In this document: positions 48,932 to 61,012 of the stretch, one piece after another
How the letters are laid out: each line of letters opens with the position of its first letter
Position numbering within the stretch: position 1 is the first letter of the stretch
Assembly: GCA_976551045.1 (NCBI GenBank)
Contig: CDPCPM010000233.1
Coordinates: 9,300,001 to 9,364,000 of the forward strand
Direction of reading: 5' to 3'
Source: Glaucostegus cemiculus
Taxonomy: Eukaryota
Length of the DNA: 64,000 nt
Made by a program: the position numbers and the translations under genes
The notes under the pieces: model-generated
What the model was told of the DNA's origin: nothing
Seen by the model: only the letters and a program-made list of their open reading frames with translations
Database searches by the model: none

Positions 48932-51270
48932 ACAAGATCACAAGATCACAAGACAAGGGAGCAGAAGTAGGCCATTCAGCCCTTTGAGTCTGCTCCATGA
49001 GAAAAGAAAACATATCTATCCCCAATTTCCAGCCTTATCCCCATATCCCTTGATACCTTGATTAATTAGGTACCTATCCAACTCCCCTTTAAATGCCCCC
49101 ACTGACTGAGCCTCTACAGCTGTATGTGGCAGAGAATTCCACAACTCCACCACCCTCTGACTAAAGTAATTTCTCCTCATCTCTGTTTTAAACTGGTTCC
49201 CTCTGATTCTAAGTCTGTGCCCTCTAGTCTTGGACTTACCCACCAAGGGAAACAGCCTTTCCACATCCACTCTATCCATTCCCTTCAACATTCTAAATAC
49301 TTCTATGAGGTCCCCCCTCATTCTTCTGTACTCCAACGAGTACAGTCCAAGAGCCAATAAACGCTCATCATAGGTAAGCCCTTTCATACCAGGAATCATC
49401 CTTGTAAACCTCCTCTGGACCCTCTCCAACATCAGCACATCCCTTCTAAGGTGTGGGGCCCAAAACTGCACACAGTATTCCAAATGAGGACGTACCAGTG
49501 CTCCATAGAGCCTCATCATCACTTCCCTACTTCTATACACTATACCTCGCGATATGAACGCCAACATAGCATTCGCTTTCTTTATCACCGATCCGACCTG
49601 GTGGTTGACTTTTAGGGTGTCCTGCACGAGTACCCCCAAGTCCCTTTGTACTTCCGTACTTCCAATTTTCTCCCCATCTAGATAATAATCTGCCCGTTCA
49701 TTTCTTTTGCCAAAGTGTACTACAGCACATTTGTCAACATTGAATTTCATCTGCCATTTCTTTGCCCATTCACTTAACCTATCCAAGTCTCTCTGCAGCC
49801 TTCCTGCCTCTTCTATACTCCCTGCTCCACCGCCAATCTTGGTGTCATCCGCAAACTTAGCTACAAAACCATTTACTCCATCATCCAAATCGTTAATATA
49901 TAAAGTGAAAAGTAGCGGGCCCAACACCAACCCTTGCGGGACACCACTAGTAACTGGTCGCCATCTAGAACAGGATCCCTTTATTCCTACCCGTTGCTTT
50001 CTGCCTACCAGCCAATGCTCGACCCATTTTAACATCTTTCCTGTAATTCCATGCGTACTCATCTTATTAATCAACCTCTGATGCGGCACCTTGTCGAAGG
50101 CCTTTTGAAAGTCTAAATACACAACGTCCACTGCCTCTCCCTTATCCACCCTACCTGAGATTTCCTCAAAAAACTCCAATAGGTTGGTCAGGCAAGATCT
50201 TCCCTTTATGAAACCATGCTGGCTTGGACCTATTCTGTCTTGAAACACCAGGTATTCCGTAACCTCATCCTTGAGGATCGATTCCAGTATCTTTCCCACT
50301 ACTGACGTCAAACTAATTGGTCTGTAATTACCTTTATACTGCCTCCCACCTTTCTTATACAGTGGAACTACGTTCGCTACTCTCCAGTCCTCCGGAACCA
50401 TGCCGGAGTCCATTGACTCTTGGAAAATAATCACTAATGCCTCTACAATCTCTAAAGCCACCTCCTTCAGAAACCGAGGGTGCACCTCATGACTTATCTG
50501 TCTTTAATCCACTTAGCTTCCTTAGCACCTTCTCCCTAGTAATCTCAACTGTACTCAGTTCAATCCCCTGGAACCCCTGTCTATCTGGTATATTGCTGGT
50601 ATCTTCCACAGTGAAGACCGATGCAAAATACTTATTTAGTTCCTCTGCCATCTCTGTATCTTCTATTATACCCACACCATTTTCAATTGGTCCTATATCA
50701 ACCCTTGTCTCTCTTTTACACCTCATGTATTTAAAAAAAACTTTTAGTATCTGTTTGAATGTTATCTGCCAATTTCCTTTCGTAATTCATCTTTTCTTCC
50801 CTAATGACCTTCTTAGCTTCTTTCTGCAGGTTTTTAAATGTTTCCCAATACTCAGTTTCCCCACTTATTTTTGCTACCTTGTAGGCCCTCCCTTTTGCTC
50901 TTATCTTAGCCTTAACCTCTCTCGTTACCCACATATGTGCCTTTTTTCCATTCAGAACTTTCTTTTTTCTTGGAACGTACCTCTCCTGCACCTTCCTTAT
51001 TTCTTGTAAAAACTTTATCCATTTCTGCTCCACCGTCCCACCTGCTAGCTTACTCTTCCAATTGATTTGAGACAGTACCTCTCTCATACTGCTGTAGTTT
51101 CCCTTGTTCCATTGCCATATATGTGCACCAGTTATGAGCCTCTCCTTTTCAAATTTGACTCCAAACTCAATCATATTGTGATCACTGGTTCCTAATGGTT
51201 CCATTACTTTTAGCTTCCTAATCAGCTCTGGTTCATTGCACAGTACCCAATCCAAAATGGCTGATCCCCT
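48932..51270 (-). mobile_element. Young 5'-truncated CR1 LINE
   Basis: The 489-aa ORF 49016-50485 carries an intact RT (YLDFQKAFDKV, GVPQG, KFADDTK). Upstream ORF2 is broken by an 11-nt deletion near 50490 and an A-run frameshift near 50733. (TGATCTTG)n tail. Confidence 0.97.
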
Positions 51271-51339
51271 TAGTACAGCAAAATTCCACAGAGCACCTGA
51301 TACGAACATTAGCAAATAAAAACTGATAGTATACTACAG

Positions 51340-52570
51340 TGGGAGATTTTCAGGGAAATTAACAAAAGCTTGGTGACATCAGTTTTAAAGGTGCACATTA
51401 AAGGCGGAAATAGAGAGTTTAAGGAAGAAATTTCACAGCTTATGGTTTAGTAGCTGAGGCAACAAATCCCCACTTGTGGAGCAATTATGTTTGAGGATAA
51501 TCAAGCTGGCAGAATTGGAGGATCATAGCCTTCTCTGAGACTTTCATGGCTTCTGGTTTCCTGGTGTTCAGTTTGAGAAAATTTCTGTTCATCCACTACT
51601 AGATTGCAGACAAGTAGTGTGACAATATAGAAACAGTGAAGGTGTCAGGAGAGGTGGTGATGACAAAAGGTTGCATGTCAGCAGAGTTGTATGTGGAAAT
51701 ATTTTGGATGATATTACCAAACAGAAGGACATTGATGAGAAATGGGAAGGGGAAAGGAATATAGTGAAGATAATGGTGCAAGAGCAGAAAGAGAAGCCAT
51801 TGTAGATCATTGCCAGGCGATGCCTGGACAGATGAGAATTAAACAGGGGAGTGTGGTCCCAGCCAGATGGACAGCTGCAGAGAAGTGTCAGAGGAGGATA
51901 ATATGTTGTGCTATGTCACAGGCTGTAAATGGGGAAAGAAGGACAAGGATAATAGATCACCTTCCATACAATCACACAGGATTTATTTGTGACTTGGTTA
52001 TTATATCGGAGCAGAATAAGGGAATTCAAACAAGGAGTTCATGTACTGATAGGTGAGGATTTGGGAGGCTACAATACATTATAAAACTTTGGAAAGGAAA
52101 GGGAAATTTGAGATGGAGAACTAACTTGAAAAGACTTTAAGAGGCGTTTTTTTTTTAAAGTGGGATGGATTCAAAGAGGTGGGAGTTCTACCTGAGAAGA
52201 GAGCACAAGTTAGAACATCAGCTAATGTGAGGCTGAGGAAAGGAAGTTGGATGTTCAGCAGTTTAGTAGGTAAAGGACTGGTAGTAGGGGGTCAGCAGAT
52301 GGGTTTCATGGACAAAGTGAGATGAGAGAGGATGATTGGGAATTGATGAGGTTCCAGAGTATGATAAGAGAAGTCAAAGTATTTGCAGTAGTGAATGAGG
52401 AGGTGGGCAGACTCAGCTGAATTGTATGACAAAAAAAAATCCATGAACTTTTAATGCTTGTTGTTGAATGTGAGATTGGAGTGAACAAGGAAAAGAGGTT
52501 TATGAGAACAGTCTGCAGTAGGGAAAATGAGTCAATAGGTATCTTTGCTTCAATGATTCCTCTGAGCAGT
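51340..52570 (-). mobile_element. Decayed L2 LINE
   Basis: The - strand near 52085-52120 reads PISNFPFLSKV (L2 RT motif YRPISNLPFLSK); L2-type 3' end at ~51340-51500. Confidence 0.7.
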
Positions 52571-52649
52571 TTTGGCAGAAGAGGGCAGAGAGTTTGGCAG
52601 TTTGGGAAAAAGAGAAGTACCTCTAATTCATTCAATCTTTATTTTCCAG

Positions 52650-53800
52650 TGCAGTGCCTATCTATACTAATCCCACTTGCCTGCATTAATTCCATATCAC
52701 CCTATGCCTTGTTCAATCAGGTACCAGTCCAGATGCCTCTTAAATGTTGTTACTATTCCTGCCTCCATCACCTCCTCTGGCAGCTCATTCCAGATACCAA
52801 CTACTCATAGTGTCAAAAATTTACCCCTCAGATCCCTTGTAAACCTCTTTCCTCTCAACCTAAACCTATGCCTCCTAATTTTTTTAGACTCCTTCCCATA
52901 GGAAACACACACTGACCATCTACCCTATCTATGCCCCTCATAATTTTATATACCTTTTCATATCATCTTTCAGCATAGTTTGCTCCAGGGAAAACAGTCT
53001 GTTCTTATAAGTCAAGCCCTCCAAGCCAGGCAATTACTTTGTGGATTTTTTTCTGCACACTCTCTAGCTCAGTCACACCTTTCCTGTATAGGGTCAACCA
53101 CCACTGCACATAACATGTGGCCTAACCAGTATTTTGTACAACTGTAACATGATGTCCCAGTTCTTGTACTTAATGCCTCAGTCAATAAAGACAAGCAGGC
53201 CATACACCTTCTTCTTCATACTGTCTACCTGTGTTGCCACTTTCTAGAAACTATGTACTTGTATCCCAAGGTCTCTCTGTTCAACGACACTTTCTAGGGC
53301 CCTGCAATTCACTGTGTAACTCCTACCCTTGTTTAACCTCACTCTGCACTTGTCTGAGTTGAATTCTATCTGTCATTCCCTTGGCCACATTCCCAATTGT
53401 AACCTTAGACAATCTTCTTCACTGTCCACTATACCACCATTTTTGGTGTAAGTGAGTTGATCTGAGGTTTGGAGGATTGAGGTGATCTCACTGAAACATA
53501 AGATTCCAAGGATCTTGGGATGTTGTTTTCTTTAGCTGAAGAGTCAAGAACTAAAATGAATATTCTCAGGATAGGGAGAGGTGTTCAAGACTGAGGTCAG
53601 CTCATAATTCTTGACTCAGAAGTTCTCTGCTCCAGAGAGCTATCCCAGTCTTTGATACATTTATGGTCGTGACTAATAGACTTTTAGAATCCAGGATAAT
53701 CATGGGATATTTGGATCAGACAGGTAAGTAGACTTAGGTAGATGATCAGCCAGGTGGAATGGCAGACCAGGTTCAAGGAGCTGTGTGGCCTAATCATGTT
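52650..53800. mobile_element. Back-to-back CR1 3' fragments (- strand ~52650-53450, + strand ~53475-53800)
   Basis: ctctggcagctcattccagatacca is the antisense of VGIWNELP; + strand tail gatgatcagcc...gaatggcagaccagg...ggcctaatc. Confidence 0.75.
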
Positions 53801-55892
53801 AAGTCCATAGCATTACAAGTTAAAATTGCCGCAATAAACCCCACATAATACATAGTTTGTGTAGTGACCAACAATACTGTTACTGTATAGTATTTTTGAA
53901 ATTTAGCAGAAAGACCATTTCCAAAACCCAATACTCACTACTTTTCCTTTAAATAATATTCTAGCACATCACTTCAGATCAAAGACAGTGTTAGTTGTTC
54001 TTCCAGTCAGCGTATTGTGACTGACACAACAATATGTTAACATGAATAGAACAGCTCATGGAAGAATAGTGCATGGAAGAAATCCCTTACGTATACATTT
54101 TTGTGAGACTGGTTGCAGTAACCACTATCAATTACCCTCTTCAGAGTAAACATTTGTCAATGGTGAGGGATGTATATATAACAAGTGGTTCTGAGTAGAG
54201 CCTGTGTGCATTTGCTAGCTCAGTAATGTCATGATGGATGAGTGCTGGTTTTCTTGTAACTGCATTCAGTGTTTGGCTTTAATTTAACAGCCAGAAGACT
54301 AATGTGTACAATTGCATTGTGGTTACTGCCTCAGTTATAATTGTAGCTATGGAAGAAACATTAAGGATATACATTGCCTTTAATGATAGAGGTATTCTCA
54401 ATCCTCGCTTGTCTCAATAAGTGGTTAGAAATGAAGTGCGGTTGTGATGATATTGATACTGTTAAGACTTTAAGTTCTATTTAACACAAGTATTTATGAG
54501 TACCCTCACTATTGGGAGATTATACTATAACAACCTAAACTTCAAGGACTAGTTTACTTCACTACTTTAGTCTCTGCGGAAAGGTCTAGCTGTCAATAAT
54601 CACTATTTCAAGCAGTGGGGCCCTCCTCCCAACCCAGGAGAAGATATTTCCAGCTAAAGAAGCAGTTTAAACACAGTTTATTTTAAGTGAGACACATTTA
54701 ATTGTAGAAAGTAATTAGCATCAACTTGTAACTTACAAAGTATTTCCAAACACAAGTACATTACTTACAGGTTAAAAAGTCATACCAAGAAGTTGCAGAT
54801 GAACAAGTCATCTATCGCAGAAACCAAAGGCTGAGGAATGAATTCCAGTTCTTCTTTCTGTAATCTCTTCTCTGCATTCTCCCCTACCCTGACTGCTTTC
54901 TAACACTTATACATCATTGGCATGTGATGTTTTTATCAACTACATTTTCAGACCAGGTGACTGGAGTAAAGTAAACATGGATCCCATTGTTCTCTTGTTT
55001 ATGTTAAGAAGCAGAGCAGGGAATATTGGTTAGAAGGTTAACTTAGAAAACAACAAACATCTTAGGTCTTGGACAATTTCTGCTGTTTTTGTAAAAGGGA
55101 TTTTCGCTTAATGAGCAAACACTCCTTGACCTTTGAACAGGTTATGCCACTGTGCTAAAAAGCTGAGGTTAGCAATAAGCCTTTTTGGGGCCTGAAAAGT
55201 GAATATCCATCACACTGTATCATGTCCCAAATCACTTAATGGTCACTATTATTAAAACATGTTCATCACTTCAAAGGGTGCTACTATTATCACGGCTAAG
55301 TGGTCTCTTCTCCTTTGAGTAGATACGACGCTATCTGTTCCCTTTTCCCTTTGGTGCCTGTGCCCAAATGGTCATGATCTCTCTACAAGCCCGGAGTATG
55401 ATTGCCATTGGATTATTAGCCAAGCCTTTTGTCTTTCCTCATTTGATATTCAGGCACACACATCTTCAGCAGTTTTGATTTGATGGCAATCAACCTGATG
55501 CTTCCTCGTGTTTATCCTGGAGTGTAGAAATCAGCAACCTCAGCACGGGCCAGGGAGTAAATTTACCTCTTTCTAGTGTTCGATATTCAATTCCATTCCA
55601 AACATTAGCAAACTGAACCATTAGGAGGGCGTTTTCTTTATTCATGGTAAGTAAAAATCTTTATATATTTTCAAATATCCATGATTATCACATCCATTTT
55701 ATCATCTTTTCAACTATAAGAGGAAAATGAAGTACATGAGTGTTTAAGGAAAGCATTTAATTAGTAAAATTAGTAAAAAGACTCTTTTCTTGATAATACT
55801 AATTTTATAATCCACAATATTTCTGACCAGTCCAGAAATACCTGAGTAACATCTGTCAAGGAATCTATCTGAATCAGTATAGAGAACCCGTA

Positions 55893-56215
55893 GGCACAGG
55901 AGTGCAACAGTTACCACTGTGTCTCAGATCCAGTGACCTGGCTTTGATCCTGTCCTCCACTGCTGATTGTGTAGAGTTATCATGTCCTCTCTGTGACCAA
56001 GTGGTGTTCCAGTTTCCTCTCACATCCTAAAGATGTGCTGGTTGGTTACTGTAAACTATCCCTAGCATAGGGAGTGGCACAAGAATTAAATGAGTTGATG
56101 GGCACCCAAGAGAGCAAATAGGTTACACAGAAGTATTGGGGATGGAGCTGAAATATTGGTCTGAAAGCCATCATAAATTTGATGGGCTGAATGGCCTCCT
56201 TCTACGTTATGAGTA
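55893..56215 (+). mobile_element. Decayed V-SINE with CR1-type tail (HE1-like)
   Basis: Head ggcacagg...gtgacctgg..tgatcc; V domain ccagtttcctctcacatcctaaaga; tail gatgggctgaatggcctccttct. Confidence 0.65.
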
Positions 56216-57069
56216 AATATAGAAACAACGTGACATCAGTCGGGACAGCAACAGTTTCAAAACTGAACTTCCAGAGCTAAAAGCTACAACATGGAAGCTT
56301 TTATAGAAATATAGATTAATTAATATTAGCACTCAGTCACTTTTGATTTAACTTTTGGAGACTTTGCTCAGCAACTTAACAGCAGGGAAAATGGAGCAGA
56401 TAGTGGAAAGAATATTGGTGCTCTCAAAGCATGCTGTTTGTCAATACCTCGAGGAAAAAAAGCAGTTGTAATTAGTCAGCTGTAGTCTTCATGTTTAAAA
56501 TAATTACCCCGTAATAATGATAATTATGGGGTCAGTGCATTAAAAGAAATATGATATATATTTTTTTCTAACTTACCTCCCTTCGCATATAACACAACAG
56601 ATCAGTTGAACAGTGTACTGCCTGCAGCTAAACATTGCACCCTGAGGGTTGCAAGAAGACTATTCCAGAAATGAGGCAATTGGTAAGGAGCTGTCTGAGG
56701 GCAGAGTGATAAGCGAGGGAAGAGCACTTGGAGTAGAAGTCCCATCTCCATGTCTGCCGCTGTCATTATTACTCTCCTGATCAGCTCCTTATCACTTCTG
56801 CCACTCCGCTGTAGACCAATTGTCAAAGATCAGTTAGACCTTTCAGATTATTAATGTATATAACAAATAGCAAGGGTCCAAGCACCAGTTTTTGCTGTAC
56901 AGCATTAGCCACAGGCTTTTATTTGCAAAAACAACCCTCTGGATGCCCCTTGATCCCAAAATCTAGCTGTGTAAACCTAAATCCACTGAAGTGGCATGTG
57001 GCTAAATGTTTCAGATTTTACAAGGAAAAGCTAGCACTTTCACACAGTATGTTCCACTGCTAAATCGTA

Positions 57070-58520
57070 AATTGGTTTATTATTGTCACATGTTGATTTA
57101 TTGTCACATGTAGCGTGGTACAGTGAAAAACGTTGTATTGCATGCCACCTGTAGAGAACATTTCATTACAACAGTACATTAAGGTAGTACAAGGGAAAAC
57201 AATAACAATGCAGAATAAAGTGTTGCAGTTACAGAGAAAGTGCAGGCAGACAATAAGGTGCAAGGTCATAACAAGGTAGACTGTGAGGTCAAGAGTCCAT
57301 CTTAGAGTACTAGGGGACCATTCAATAGTCTTATAACAGTGGGATAGAAGCTGTTCTTGAGCCTGGTGGTACAAGCTTTCAGGTATTTGTACCTTCTGCT
57401 CTATGGGATGGGGAGAAGAGAGTGTCCTGGCTGGGTGGTTTTTGATTATGCTGGCTGCTTTACCGAGGCAGTGAGAAGTATAGACGGAATCAGAAGGAAG
57501 GCTGTTTCTGTGATGTGCTGAGTTGTGTCCAGAATTCTGCAGTTTCTTGTGGTCACGGGCAGAGAAGTTGTCATACCAAGCCATGATGCATCTGGATAGG
57601 ATGCTTTCCATGGTGTATCAATAAAAATTGGTGAGGGTCAAAAGGGAACATGCCAAATTTCGTTTGTCTCCTGAGGAGGTACACTTTCTTGGCCATGCTG
57701 TCTATGTGGTTGGACTAGGACAGGCTATGGGTGATATTCACTCCTAGGAACTTGAAGCTTTCAACTCTCTCAATCTCAGCACTGTTGATGTAAACAGAAG
57801 CATGTACACTGCCCCCCTTCCTGAAGTCAATGACCAGATCCTTTGTTTAGTTGACATTGAGGGAAAGGTTGTTGTCATGACACCATGACACAAGGCTCTC
57901 TGTCTCCTTCCTGTACTCCAATTCATTGTTATTTGAGATATGGCCCACTGTGATGATGTCATCTACAAACTTGTAGATAGAATTAGAGCAGAATCTGGCC
58001 ATGCAGTCATGAGTGTGTAGGGAGTAGAGTAGAATGCTAAGGATGCAGCCTTGTGGGGCAGCAGTGTTGAGAATAATTGTTCTGGAGGTGTTGCTGCCTA
58101 GCCTCACTGATTGTGGTCTGTGGTCAGGAAGTCAAGGATCCAATTGCAAAGGGAAGTGTTGAGTCCCAGGTCAAGAAGTCTGTACATGAGTTTGCTAGGA
58201 ATTATAGTATTCAAAACAGAGCTGTAGTCAATAAGCAATCGTCTAATGGTTCTTTAACATCCAGATGCTCCAGGGATGAGTTTAGGGCCAGGGAGATCTG
58301 CCAACTGCAGTGGGTCGAGGTTGTCTGGGAGGTTGGAGTTAATGTGTGCCATGACCAAGTTCTCAAAGCACTTCATGATGGTGGATGTCAGAGGTGCTGG
58401 GCGGCAGTCATTAAGGCATGTTACCTTATTTTTGTTAGGTATCGGGATGATAACAGTCTTAAAGCAGGTGGCAACCTCAGACTGAAGTAGGGAGAGGTTA
58501 AAAATGTCTGCAAATACCCC
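57070..58520 (-). mobile_element. Older Rex1/Babar-type LINE (second family)
   Basis: ORF pieces APQGCILSILLYSLHTHDC...[30 protein letters not shown]; tail tacatgtgacaataaa, locally duplicated. Confidence 0.85.
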
Positions 58521-58642
58521 ATAGGAACATTTTCATGAGTCAGCAACAAACCAAAGCATTACGTTTTTGAATGAAAATTCAGTCCCATATCATGTACATC
58601 CTCAGAAACAAAGGTCATCTGACAGTTTTTTTTAAATCACTA

Positions 58643-59092
58643 TTCAAGATTCAAGATTGCTTTACTGTCATTGAGCCGTTGAGACAACAGAACAACGAGA
58701 TTTCATTGGCACTCCCATGTCAGACAATAGGCACAATACTTAAATATTAAATAAATAGAGAATAAATTAAGTTAGAGTTTACACTGTAGGGTTTACGTGA
58801 TGTATTAGAGGGAGAGAGAGAAGAAGCGAGAAAGGACTAGTGCAATCTGTGAAATTTAAAGTCCTTGTTTAAGATTTTCACGGCATTGGGGAAGAAGCTA
58901 TTCCTCAATCTGGCCGTGGATATGTGGAATGTCCTGAAGCATTTCTTTGAGGGGAGCAGACTGAAGAGGTGATGGGCTGGGTGGGAAGAGTCCTTAATGA
59001 TGTTTGTAGCCTTGTTCAGACACCGGGACTCATAAATGTCCGCCAATGTGGGTAGGCGCACCCCTGTGATCTGTGCCGTGTCAATCACCCGC
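58643..59092 (-). mobile_element. Rex1/Babar-type 3' fragment (third family)
   Basis: LPTLADIYESRCLNKA..IIKDSSHPAHHLFSLLPS..RLRNSFFP; (TCTTGAA)n tail. Confidence 0.85.
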
Positions 59093-59361
59093 TTTATAGA
59101 GTTATCATTCTTACTCTATAAAAAGAAGGCCCTGAAAGACAAAAGAAAGGGATATGATTTGGTTGTGGCAAAGTGACAACCTTGACATTCATCACATGAA
59201 GTCTCCTCATTGTTCAGTCATTGATGAAACATAGTCAACGTGTATCAGAGATGAAAAAAAACACTGCTGAAATGAGTCATTGTAATCTTTATGTTCAAAA
59301 TAATTACAGTAAAAATACTTATGTTGAGTCAACACATTTTCATTCTGTCAGCAGATTCTTT

Positions 59362-59363
<2 letters not shown>

Positions 59364-59409
<46 letters not shown>
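59364..59409. repeat. (TC)23 microsatellite
   Basis: Perfect dinucleotide run. Confidence 0.98.
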
Positions 59410-59413
<4 letters not shown>

Positions 59414-59524
59414 GCTAGGTGATTCTAATTGGTGGTTCTGGCTGGTCTCCTGCCACCTGGTATACAGGATCTCCTTCCTGGCACGTATTTCATTGACCAG
59501 GACTTGCACGATCCTTTAAGGAAA

Positions 59525-59592
59525 TGTGGATCAAGGCCATGTCCTCAGCCCCCTATTGTACTCCCTATATACTCACGACTGCATTGCTAATC
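59525..59592 (+). mobile_element. Small Rex-type RT fragment
   Basis: QGHVLSPLLYSLYTHDCIA. Confidence 0.7.
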
Positions 59593-59858
59593 TTCCTCTC
59601 GTCCACAGTCTCTGTCTCCTCTATTGCAGCCATAATGTGTGTTATTGCTCTGCTGCTGCCGTGGGGAGTGTATCTTTGATGCCCAACATCCTCCTCCGAT
59701 TGCTGTTACACAAAAACCATGCGAGTTCCAGATCCCATTTTAGTCCTTGTTTGTGGAAGTAAAGCACCCTCATGCTCTTTCGTATTGGATTTCAAACACT
59801 TTTGAAATGATGTGTTCGGACTCCAAAAATAGTTGCAATCCAATTTCTTGGCATTTGG

Positions 59859-59968
59859 TTCATCAGGACTGCTAAAGGGTCTTAGCCAGAAATGGCAACT
59901 GCTCATTTCCCTCCATAGATGCTGCCTGACCTGCTGAGTTCCTGCAGCATTTTGTGTGTGTTGCACTT
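59859..59968 (+). mobile_element. Penelope terminal repeat with a short inverted 5' piece
   Basis: ttcatcaggactg (reverse complement cagtcctgatgaa) followed by aagggtcttagccagaaa...gatgctgcctgacctgctgagttcc. Confidence 0.75.
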
Positions 59969-60283
59969 GACTTGAAACATCAGCTCTGTTCCTCACTTCA
60001 TCATTTTGTATTTTTGTTCAGGCTACGATTTGCAGGTTTTTGGTCCAATTTCACACAATATGGACATTGTTGGCAATGCCAGCATTTATTGTTCTCCCCT
60101 TATATTTCCCCTGAAATGAAAGGTAGTTAAGAGATAACCTTTTAAAACTAAATAGTGGTCTACACATTCATCTTGAAAACCTGCTGGTTCGTCCAACTTC
60201 CCTTTCTATATTATCCTTTGAATAGAATTATGATCAATGTGCTGTGCAGCATGGAGAAGCTAAATCCAGATGTTAATCCAGAT

Positions 60284-60602
60284 TACGGTGGCACAGTAGT
60301 GTAGCAGTTAGCGTAATGCTATTACAGCACCTGTGACCCAGGTCCAATTCTGCCACTGCGCGTAAGGAGTTTGTATGTTCTCTCCATGTCTGCGTGGGTT
60401 CCCTCCAGGTGCTCTGGTTTCCTCCCGCATTCCAACATTCCAAAAATGTACAGTTTAGAAGCGGTGGGCATGCTACCTTGGCGCCGGAAGAGTGGCGACA
60501 CTTGTGGGCTGCTCCCAGCACATTCTCAGTAATGCAAAAAGATGCATTTCACTGTGTGTTTCAACACACATGTGACTAATAAATAAATACCTTAATATCT
60601 TA
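60284..60602 (+). mobile_element. V-SINE with Rex-like tail (full length)
   Basis: Homologous along its length to 21197-21480. Confidence 0.88.
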
Positions 60603-60749
60603 AATTTTAGTGCACCGATGAAGCTGAATTTCACTAGAACAGAGGAGGAAATTAAATTAACAAGATTTTTAAAATTCTGGAACCAGACTCAGTTATAGAA
60701 GAATGAAACTGCTCAATAGTTGTGAAAGCACATCTGACTCATTAATGGC

Positions 60750-61012
60750 CTTGAAGGAAAGAAATCTGCCACCCTTAGCCAGTCTGCCCAACACGTGAAT
60801 CCAGTTCACCAATATGGTTGGCTTTTAACTGCATCCAGAGTCAGGGGCAATAGGTATGAATAATAAATGCCAACATTGCCTGTGATATTGTACAGGTTCT
60901 GGATAGGAGACTAAACACAGGCAAATGGGAATACTCAGGTAGGCACCTTGGTTGGCATGGAGGAGTTGGACCAAAGGGCCCATTTCTGTGCTGTATTACT
61001 CTATGACTATGA
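60750..61012 (+). mobile_element. Old SINE/LINE 3' end (~60750-60886) followed by a CR1 tail (~60895-61012)
   Basis: gaaatctgccaccctt...ggggcaatagg...aataaatgccaac; then ggcatggaggagttggaccaaagggcc...tgtgctgtattactctatgact. Confidence 0.6.

Noticed and set aside
49016-50485. 489-aa RT ORF as a host or domesticated gene
   Set aside because: It lies within a 5'-truncated CR1 with an ordinary tail, and its start is created by a deletion.
50480-50500. Deletion at the same CR1 motif (DKSPGPDEVHP) where the solo LTR sits in the other copy
   Set aside because: Two different events at nearby positions in two copies. This is insufficient evidence for a hotspot or an excision footprint.
54763-54863. 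Possible exon (+ strand TTACAG|VKKSYQEVADEQVIYRRNQRLRNEFQFFFL*, or - strand GTAAGT donor)
   Set aside because: No recognisable protein, weak acceptor context, and stops in all - strand frames.
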